From contig CAJIYM010000004.1 in assembly GCA_905181635.1 (NCBI GenBank), positions 8,642 through 72,641 of the forward strand: DNA of 64,000 nt, written 5' to 3'. The translations under genes were made by a program, and so were the position numbers. The DNA comes from an uncultured Flavobacteriales bacterium (GTDB taxonomy: Bacteria > Bacteroidota > Bacteroidia > Flavobacteriales > BACL11). Below, piece by piece: positions 44,766-54,400 of this stretch (positions are counted from its first letter, which is position 1; the number at the start of each line of letters is the position of its first letter). A model generated the notes under the pieces. It saw only the letters and a program-made list of their open reading frames with translations, made no database searches and was not told where the DNA came from.

Positions 44766-45209
44766 TTATTTTTTTGGAATAAATAAAATACTTAAAGAAT
44801 TGACGCAATGCCGAATATTTTTATCTGTCAATCCTTCTCCTTCAAAAATATGACCAAGATGTCCTTTACAATTAGAACAACATATTTCAACACGCTTCAT
44901 TCCCAAACTATAATCCTGCTTTCTAGTTATAGCCTCATCGATTTCATCATCAAATGATGGCCAACCACAATTAGATTTAAACTTTGAATCTGAATTAAAC
45001 AATGGATTATTACACGCCTTACACACATAAATCCCCCTAGCAGTATTGGCTAGATAATCACCTGACCATGCCCTCTCAGTGCCTTTTTTAACAATAATTT
45101 CTCTTTCCTTTGGAGTAAGATCTTCAAAATAATTAGCAGTTTTAATCTCTTTTTCTTGAGCTAATAAAGTAAATGGTAGAAAAATTAATACATTTAATAT
45201 ATTTTTCAT
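44766..45209 (-). CDS. msrB: Peptide-methionine (R)-S-oxide reductase MsrB carrying an N-terminal signal peptide
   Basis: Zinc-site pairs CKAC and CSNC, GWPSF, HLGHIF, and the catalytic RHCVNS. N-terminus MKNILNVLIFLPFTLLAQEKE. Confidence 0.9.
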   Translation of the reverse strand: MKNILNVLIFLPFTLLAQEKEIKTANYFEDLTPKEREIIVKKGTERAWSGDYLANTARGIYVCKACNNPLFNSDSKFKSNCGWPSFDDEIDEAITRKQDYSLGMKRVEICCSNCKGHLGHIFEGEGLTDKNIRHCVNSLSILFIPKK

Positions 45210-45213
45210 CTAT

Positions 45214-45399
45214 CTATTGTTTATTTAGTATTAGTTCATATTCTTTAAACCTATGTTCCCTTATAGGACGAGTACTAGGTTGTGTGTTAAAATATAATAA
45301 AAGGCAGGGCGATATTTTCTTATATGATCTAACATATTCATAATCCACTAATTCCTTATTCCTTATTCTCTTTTTAATCTGATTATGGTAAGGGAACAT
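45214..45399 (-). CDS. Hypothetical small protein (61 aa)
   Basis: ORF ending 4 nt before msrB. No motif recognised. Confidence 0.3.
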   Translation of the reverse strand: MFPYHNQIKKRIRNKELVDYEYVRSYKKISPCLLLYFNTQPSTRPIREHRFKEYELILNKQ

Positions 45400-45490
45400 A
45401 GATTTATTTTGATTTTATCTTTTTTGCTGCATGATAATCATAGTTATAAAATGAAAATATAAGTATGTCATTCTTAGCTAATCTAATTAT

Positions 45491-45670
45491 TTACGATGCA
45501 TTATTTTTATCTATAACATCAAGCTTTTCAAGAATATCACTTGCTTCTTTTTCTAACCTATCACTTTCTCTTCGATCTGTTTTAGATAAAATATATGCTT
45601 GTTCCTTAAGCTTCTTATACAACTTTGTTAACTTTTCCTTCTCTGATTTTTTTTTAAATAATCCAAACAT
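45491..45670 (-). CDS. Lacal_2735-family small protein (59 aa)
   Basis: Minus-strand translation MFGLFKKKSEKEKLTKLYKKLKEQAYILSKTDRRESDRLEKEASDILEKLDVIDKNNAS. The MFGLFKKKSEKEKL opening is characteristic of this flavobacterial family as I recall it. It replaces the low-complexity plus-strand track ORF 45465..45677. Confidence 0.6.
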   Translation of the reverse strand: MFGLFKKKSEKEKLTKLYKKLKEQAYILSKTDRRESDRLEKEASDILEKLDVIDKNNAS

Positions 45671-45746
45671 TTTATAGTAATTTTAGAATGCAAACTTATG
45701 AATTCATTTTCTTAAAAGCATACTTTAATACGAACGATTTCATTTC

Positions 45747-46454
45747 TTATACTCTACTTTTAGAAATATTCTCATATGCTTTTTGAACAAGTAGAAATTT
45801 TTCTTCTGCAAGTTTTTTAATATCTTGACTAACGCCCTGCAACTTATCTGGATGATATTTTCTCACCATCTTTCTATGTGCTTTTTTTATCTCATCGTTA
45901 GTAGCATCCTTATCTAACTCAAGGATTGCAAACCATTTCTCCAAACTATTTGCATCACCTTCAAAAAGAAACATAGATTGAATAGACTCAAAATCATACT
46001 GATTAATATTAAGATAACTAGCAATTTTCTTTATTAACTTAACTTCCGAAGGATGTATTTCATTATCACTTGCTGAAACTCCAAATAAAAAATGAATAAT
46101 TTGTAATCTTGCAGCATGATTCACATAGGAGTTTAGCTGCTGACAAACAGGTCGTAATTGAGAAGATAATGATTGTTTATTGAGTTTATTAAAAACATCA
46201 AAATACTTATTCGCTTTTTGTATACCAAAAGTATTTACAAAGAATTTCTTAACATACTCTAACTCAGCATTTACTATCTTTCCATCAGATTTAATAACTA
46301 ATGAAGATAATATCAAAAGAGATAATTCATAGGCTTTCTCTTGGTCATTTTTACCATCAAAAAAGCTTTTACTAATGTAATAACCTATTATTGCCCCTAT
46401 AGGACCTGCTAAAAACCATCCCGCTCCAACACCTACCCATTTACCTAAAGACAT
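45747..46454 (-). CDS. DjlA-like co-chaperone (TM anchor, TerB-like domain, C-terminal J domain)
   Basis: Gly-rich TM start. C-terminal J domain with DEIKKAHRKMVRKYHPDK. Confidence 0.75.
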   Translation of the reverse strand: MSLGKWVGVGAGWFLAGPIGAIIGYYISKSFFDGKNDQEKAYELSLLILSSLVIKSDGKIVNAELEYVKKFFVNTFGIQKANKYFDVFNKLNKQSLSSQLRPVCQQLNSYVNHAARLQIIHFLFGVSASDNEIHPSEVKLIKKIASYLNINQYDFESIQSMFLFEGDANSLEKWFAILELDKDATNDEIKKAHRKMVRKYHPDKLQGVSQDIKKLAEEKFLLVQKAYENISKSRV

Positions 46455-46603
46455 ATTTATAAATTTAAAGGAACAAAGATAAACAAGAAAAAGTTATATT
46501 AAGACTCTTTAGTTAATAGTATTTATGTGCTTCTAACAAAAAAAATAGATATTGATATTAAATCTAATTAAGATGTAAATAATCAATAGAATGAATTAAA
46601 TAA

Positions 46604-47416
46604 CTAATCAATAATCGAATATCCAAAATAATCAAGTAGCTCCTTATCTTTAATAAAATAAGAATTTATCAGTTTTAATTGATTTTCACTTAGTTGTTTA
46701 ATTTTTTCATCATTAAGATTCTGAATTTTCATTTTACCATTCGTTTTAAAATTATGTGCAGAAAATTCTAAATCAAAATCTAAATCACCTATTTCGGGGA
46801 TAAATAATTTTATCTTATCAACTACATTTTTCTTATTATCACATAATTCCTCGTAAGTAATAAATAGAGAATTCATTTCAAACTCTTTATTTTTCTTTTG
46901 ATACTTTAAACATTTTAATACAAATTGCGCAGCATATTCAGCAGTAGCGTTATTTCTTCTTATAATCCCTTCAGCCTGAGCATAAGGATTTCTTACCATA
47001 CCTAAAAAAGAAATATTTTTAAAAACTTTATTAATTTCCGTAACCCTCATGATATTAGTAGTAGTCTTATCCATCAATATTAACTTTCTTTGATCCCAAT
47101 ATTTCATCCATACATTTTTTATTTTTTCCCAAGGATAATTAACCTCTGAATGCCAACCTTTATTTTCAAACATTATACCTTTTACTTCAGGAAGTAATTG
47201 ACCCTCTCTTACTCCTAAATGATTATTACAACTTAAATTGTCTGATGTAGACAGTATCTGGTTTAATAAAGTGGAGCCGCAATAAGGGGGAGAAAGAATA
47301 AATAGAAATTTATGATTTTTTTTACCTAGAATGCTATTTGTAAAAAATCTAGTAAATTTTAAAAATTTATAATAAACTAAATACAAGTACCATCTATAAG
47401 AGGTGTGCAGTTTCAT
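46604..47416 (-). CDS. Sulfotransferase-family protein
   Basis: PAPS 5'-phosphosulfate-binding-loop-like SPPYCGSTLL near the N-terminus, and RNPYAQAEG (3'-PB-like). Confidence 0.6.
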   Translation of the reverse strand: MKLHTSYRWYLYLVYYKFLKFTRFFTNSILGKKNHKFLFILSPPYCGSTLLNQILSTSDNLSCNNHLGVREGQLLPEVKGIMFENKGWHSEVNYPWEKIKNVWMKYWDQRKLILMDKTTTNIMRVTEINKVFKNISFLGMVRNPYAQAEGIIRRNNATAEYAAQFVLKCLKYQKKNKEFEMNSLFITYEELCDNKKNVVDKIKLFIPEIGDLDFDLEFSAHNFKTNGKMKIQNLNDEKIKQLSENQLKLINSYFIKDKELLDYFGYSIID

Positions 47417-47462
47417 AAATCAAAAATAGTGTTTTACAGTATCTTTAAATAAAATAATAGAT

Positions 47463-47498
47463 AAAAAAAAAGAAGCCCGAGCATTTGCTCGGGCTTCT
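47463..47498 (-). terminator. Strong intrinsic terminator after the giant surface-protein gene
   Basis: The minus strand reads AGAAGCCCGAGC-AAAU-GCUCGGGCUUCU followed by 9 U. It begins 25 nt after the stop at 47523. Confidence 0.85.
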
Positions 47499-47522
47499 TA
47501 ATATTAAGAATTAACTTACTTC

Positions 47523-48471
47523 TTATTGTAGAATTAATTTCTTATTAACCACACCATTATTAGTTGTGATTTCTAAGAAGTAAACTCCTTTAGTATAAGT
47601 AGCTAAATCAATTGCTTTAGTGTACTCACCAATAAACTGCTCTAAGCTTTCAGTGTATACAACCTCACCAACAACATTAAGCACTCTAACTTCAAGATCT
47701 TGTACATCCTCTGACGTAAACGCCACATTAAATACATCTCTTGATGGGTTAGGGTAAACATCTAAGTTAGCAATTGCACTTCCTCCCTCAAGTCTTACAG
47801 TAGTTGGTTGTGTCCAGAAAAGTAATGAAGTCCATTGTGGTGACTTATAAGCTCCACCATTTGGATCACACCATGATCTAGATTGTCCTCTATATGATGT
47901 ACCTGGACTAAGATTATTCTTATCCTTAGTATATACACCATAAGCAACTCCCATACCACCTACATTAAACCAAGTAGAACCAGTAACATCAACTCTTGCT
48001 TTAATTCTCATAAAGCTATAAGCTCCATTTGAATCATCCCAAGTAAAGGTAGCTTGTGTAGTAGAACCTGAACTTACTGTCAAGTTACCTACATTTGGAC
48101 AGTCATCTAATGTAGTGAATGTTTCCATTGTACTCCAATCACTAGAACCGCCACCACAATACCAAGCTTTCATTTGATATTCATAATCTGAAGATGGAAG
48201 CAAGTTTAAAATCAACTTCTCAATCTTTTGATTACCAATACCATTTGAATTACATGAATTTACTGGACCACCCATAGTTTTCTGATCGAAAGCACTTGTT
48301 CCAATCACTCTATACTTAATACGGTATTGATCTACCATACATGTAGCACTATTCATATTATCCCAGTTGATTGTAGCTCTGTTCTGGATAACATCTGTAG
48401 TATTTAAACCAGTAGGTGCATCTTCTACACATACACTAATTACTATAAGATTCACACATGAACCATCATCA
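47523..48471 (-). CDS. C-terminal segment of the giant surface protein (after the frameshift): FN3-like domains and a T9SS sorting domain
   Basis: In the +1 frame the sequence continues ...DDGSCVNLIV, then APTGLNTTDVIQNRATINWD (FN3-like, twice), then the sorting domain VYPNPSRDVFNV...GVYFLEITTNNGVVNKKLILQ. Confidence 0.8.
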
Positions 48472-51400
48472 CTTAGTAGCTGTTGCATCATATTCAACAT
48501 ATAAAGGATCTGTACATCCAAGGACAACACAAGAACCATCATCAGAATTTACATTACTGTTATAGTTAGTTGCAGCAGGATCAGTACAACCATAAGTGAA
48601 TGGAATACATGAACCGTCATCAGTATTAGCATTTGCATCATAATTAAATTGAGTTACATCAGTACAACCATTCACTACAGCTATACATGAACCATCATCC
48701 GTATTAGCTAAAGGATCATAATTAAATGCAGTCATATCTGTACAACCATCAACAGCACAGAATCCTACTTGGAAACTAGCACTAGCACCATCATCATTGA
48801 TACCATCAAGTGTATAAGATACACCGTCAATTGATAAAGATCCTCCGTTCCATGAGTCACCATAAGTGTCAACAAGATTAACAGAATAATCAGTACCTAA
48901 ATCAACACATGCATCATAGCCTGTACTACCGTCACCTGAAACTAGAACATTTCCATTACAATCAGTGATTGTAAAAGTGTTCTCATAAGCGTAACTACCA
49001 GCAGTATACAATACTACATTATCAGTACAGTAAGTACAAGAACCATCATCAGTATTAGCTGAAGCATCATAGTTATTTGCAGTAGGGTCAGTACATCCAT
49101 AAACTGGACATCCAGAACCAACAGTTCCACTATTATCCCCTCCTGAAGCAATTAAAGCTCCTGAAGCATCAAATACTTCCCATGAATTCTCAGCTGAATA
49201 AGATCCAGCAGTATAAATAATATCAGTACAAACTGTTAAATCAATACAGATGTTTGTATAAGTATCAGAAGCACCACCAGTAGCGATTGTAGGCTGGTCA
49301 TAAGTAACACCATCAATAGTTAATGTACCACCATTCCAAGTATCACCATAAGAATCAGTAAGAACAAGTGTTACCTCATCTAAAGTACAACCAAATACAC
49401 ATGAACCATCATCAATAGTTGCAGTTGCATCATAGTTAGTAGCTGTAGGGTTAGTACAACCTAAGTAATCACATGATCCATCATCAGTATCAGCAGCAGC
49501 ATCATAATTAGCAGCAGTTGGATCAGTACATCCATAAACTGGACATCCATTCCCTACTTGACCACTAGCATTAGGACCTGAAGCTAATACAGCACCTGAA
49601 GCATCTGTTACATCCCATGAATTCTCAGCTGAATAAGATCCAGCAGTATAGATAAGATCAGTACATGAAGTCAAATCAACACAAATAACGAATGGTTCAG
49701 CCGCATTAGCAGCTATACCAGCTGACTGAGTGTAAACTACACCATTAACTGTCATGGTACCACCATTCCATCCATCACCCCATGAATCATAAAGATTTAA
49801 AGTAACCTCATCTAATAAACAAGGGTAAGTACAAGTACCGTCATCAGTATCAGCAGCTGCATCAAAATTAGTAGCTGTTGAATCTGTACATCCATAAACT
49901 GGAAGAACTACATATTCATCAACACAAACTTCATCAATAGCCATATCACCAGTGAAAGAAGTACCGTAGATACCTACAAAATCAATCGTAATATTCATGT
50001 TACCAGCATAAGCAGATAAATCTACTTGAGCAAGGTTCCATTGATTACCTTGATCACCAGACTGAGACCATACAGAAGTACCATTAACAAGAACTTCTAA
50101 AGTTCCCATTGAAGCACCATACATATGATTATAGAATGTTAAAGCTGGTGAAGCTAAAGCTGAAACATCTAAACATAATGAAGATAATATAATATTAGGT
50201 GTACCTGCAGCAAGTCCTGAAGTTTCATAGTACATGTAGTTTCCACCACCTGTAATATCATCAGAAGGACCTGTTCCACTAGAACCAGTACCAAATGCAT
50301 CTAAAGTCCATCCATTGTTTGTCCAATCAACTAAAACTCCATCGAAGTTTTCACAGTAAGGAGCAACAGTACATGCTAAGATACAAGAACCATCATCAGT
50401 ATCAGCAAGTGGGTCAAAGTTCATTGCAGTAGAATCAGTACATCCTAAGATAGGACAAGCACCAACTCCAATATAAACATCATAAGTTCCTACAGTAGCG
50501 CCAACTAATCCAGCAAAATCAAATGTGATTTCAGCATCATAAGTTCCACCACCAACAGTAATAGAATAACATCCATCAACTAAACAAAGAGTACCTAATT
50601 CAAAAGCACCACTTGCTAAACCACCTGTAGCTACAACCGCTGCATTAGCATCAGTAATAGTCCATGTAGCTCCGTTCCATCCATCACCAAAAGAATCATA
50701 AAGGTTCATAGCTACCTCAGTATCTAAACAAGGGTAAGTACATGAACCATCATCATAAGTTGCAGTAGCATCATAGTTAGAAGCTAAAGAATCCGTACAT
50801 CCTTGTATAGGACATGTAGCATTTCCAACAACAAAAGATGTAACACCAGGAATAGCAGTGTACATAGTACCATTAATATCGAACCATGCATAAGCACCAA
50901 TCCAACCAGAAGCATCAGTAGCTACGAACTCGTAACAACCATCAGGTAAACAAAGATCAGCATCATCACCAGTAGAAGTACCACCATAAAGTGTAGAACC
51001 AACACCTACAAAATTAGTATCTCCAAGTAAGTTAACAGTCCAAGATAATGAATTGAATGACCATTGGTAAGCTGTTCCAAAGTAATCTATACCAGTAGTA
51101 ATACCAGCAAAACCATCTAAACAACAAGAACCATCATCATCAGTTGCAGTAGCATCATAGTTAGAAGCTAAAGTATCAGTACAACCATAGATTGCACAAG
51201 ATCCAGTACCAACAGCAAATGTAAATGAACCAGCAGAACCAGAAGTTAAACCTCCTAATGCAATTCCATCAACATCAAATGTTGAACCGTTCCATCCATC
51301 ACCCCATGAATCAGTCATATCAACTGTATAGCAACCATCAACTAAACATAAGTCTGCAGCATAAGGAGCACCTCCAGACGCAATAACAACTGTATCTAAT

Positions 51401-54400
51401 GAAAGAGTCCATCCAACTTCACTTAGGTAAGAACCTCCACCTACAGCAATTGAAACAGTATTGTCATAACAACAAGAACCATCATCAACATTAGAGTATT
51501 GCGTGTAGTTACTTGCAGTAACATCAGTACAACCAATAATTGTATCAGTACAAGAACCGTCATCAATTGCAGCATTTGCATCAAAATTGATAGATACAGA
51601 ATCCATACAACCTTGAGAACAGTTAGCTGCACCTACAGTGAATATTGGAGATGTAGCATAAGTAGTAGAGGCTCCTAATGTAAAGGAAATTAAACTATTA
51701 CCAGCAGCATCAACTACATCAAGAGAACTATTAGTTCCCCATCCGTCACCAAATGAATCGTATCCATCTATGTAGTAACATCCATCAGTAGCACAAAGAG
51801 TTGTAACATCAATAGCTCCTCCATTAGCATAAGGAACTGAAGATGAAGCAGTATCACCACTAAAAGCATCTATAATGTACCAAGAAGCCTCAGATGAATA
51901 CCAGTCAGGAGTCATAGTTATAGTTAACTCATCATCCCATCCATAGTATGCACAATTGAATACACATGAACCATCATCATTATTAGCAGTTACATCATAA
52001 TTAGTTGCAGCAGCATCTGTACAACCGTCAAATAGACATGCAGCAGTAGCACCTGTTGTATCTAAATCCCAAGAAGTATTAGCAGCAGGATCATAATTAG
52101 AAGCTAAAGTATCAATACAACCATAAACGTAATTAGTTAAGACAAACCCACTCCATGAACCCGTACAACCATTACAGTCAGTTACAGTTACAGAAATAGG
52201 GCCTAAACCTAATCCAGAAGCATCCTCAGTAGTTTGTCCATCTGACCATGCATAAGTATAAGAAGATAATGAATAGTTAAGATTACCTCCAAAGTCATAA
52301 GAACCAGCACTAGGATAAGTAGTTCCAGCACCAGGAGCTCCACCAGTAGCAAAACCTCCTATAATAGCAAGATTAGCATCAGAAGAAACAACTGAGTTAT
52401 ATGTTGAGTCAACACCAGCACCAAATACAAGATTTACACCAACACCCTGAACATAGATACAAACTGTTTCACCAGCAGTTAAATTAATAGCAACTGGAAT
52501 ACTAGACAAATCACCCATAACATTAGCTAAAATTGGTGCAGAACCAGCAAGCATCCAACCAGAAGGATCTGCTTCAAATCCACTACCAGAACCTAATCTG
52601 TAGTAAACATCTGCAGTACCAATACCTGCCATAGAAGGCTGATCAATTGAAGTAATTTGTAAATCTGATGTTGCAACAACATCAAATACATTAGAAGCCC
52701 ACTGAGTTGAAGTAGAAGAAGCTCCACCTAAACTCATTGCAGCACCATTATAACATGGAGTTCCTCCATCTATAGTAAGATCAACAGTTCCATTTGAATT
52801 ACCAGGAGTTGCATCAGCAATAAATCCAACAATATTAATAGTTGGAGTAACGTCAATAACTACAGTAGTAACAGAAGAACAACCATTAGCTGATCCATCA
52901 GTAACAGTACAAGTATAAGTACCTGCAGATAAACCTGTAGCAGTAGAAGTCGTTTGTCCGTCAGACCATAAGTAAGAATCAGCACCAAATGTTCCTGAAA
53001 TATATGCAGTAGCAGAAGCATCAGAAGCACCATTACAAGAAGGTACAGCATCAACAGATCCTGAAGCAACATAAACATCACAAATATAAGCACATGATCC
53101 ATCATCAGTATCAGCTATAGAATCAAAGTTTAATGCTAAAGTATCAGTACAACCATAAGTAGGACAGAATGTGTTTATACTCATATTGTTAGAGTATGGA
53201 GCTCCACCTGAAGCTATAGTAGCACCTGAAGGATCAGTTACAAACCAAGCAACTTCAGAATCCCAAGTTCCACCACCAGCAACAATATCATAACAGTCAT
53301 CATCCATACAAATCATTTCCATAGCAGAAGCTCCAGAAGCAATAGTGAAAGGACCATAAACAGTACCAGTATTTGAACCAGTTGCAGTCCATGTAGCACC
53401 ATTCCATCCATCACCAAATGAATCACTCATTTGTAATGACACAAAAGTACCAGTACAGTAAGTACAAGAACCATCATCATTATTAGCAGAAGCATCATAA
53501 TTTAATGCAGTTGGGTCAGTACAACCAGAAATTACTATTAATTCATCAACACAAACTTCATCAATTGCAATATCTCCAGTGAATGAACCACCATAAGTCG
53601 CTTCAATTGTAATAGTAACATTTTGGCCACCATAAGCAGATAAATCTACTTGAACAAAGTTCCATTGGTTACCTTGATCACCAGACATAGTCCATTCAAC
53701 ATTACCATTAACATAAACATTTAAAGTTCCAATAGAACCACCTAACATGTGATTGTAGAATGATAAAGTTGGAGCAGCTAATGAAGATATATCTAAACAT
53801 TCTGATGTTATAGAAATGGGAGTTGCAGGAGTACCTGAAGTTTCATAGTACATGTAGAATCCACCAACTGTAATATCATCAGTAGGACCTGTTCCAGAAG
53901 AACCAGTTCCACCTGCATCATTAACCCATCCATTATTTGTCCAAGTCCCAGTTCCTGCATCAAAGTTTTCACAGTAAGGAGCAGCAGTACAAGCATAAGA
54001 ACATGAACCATCATCAGCAGTTGCAGCAGCATCATAATTTACAGCAAGAGTATCCATACATCCGTAAACATAACATACAGCACCAAGAGATACTTGAGCA
54101 GTAGCATTTGTTCCAGTATTTATAGTACCACTTCCAATAGAAACACCTCCCATAGAAATATCAAAAACGTTACCGTTCCATCCATCACCATAAGAATCAA
54201 CCATGTCAATTGTATAACAGTCTGAAGGTAAACACACATCAGATGAGTAAGGAGCACCACCTGTAAGTACTACAGTACCTGCAGAATTTAAAAGAGTCCA
54301 AGAAACTTCAGAAGCATAAGAACCTCCACCACAAGTAATTGTTACCCAGTTGTCATTACAAGCTGGCACACAAGAACCATCATCAGTAGTAGCAGCAGCA

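Noticed and set aside
45465-45677. Plus-strand 70-aa track ORF (MSFLANLIIYDALFLSITSS...)
   Set aside because: It is a low-complexity Ser/Leu/Phe translation. The opposite strand encodes a 59-aa protein with the MFGLFKKKSEKEKL opening typical of a known small flavobacterial protein family.
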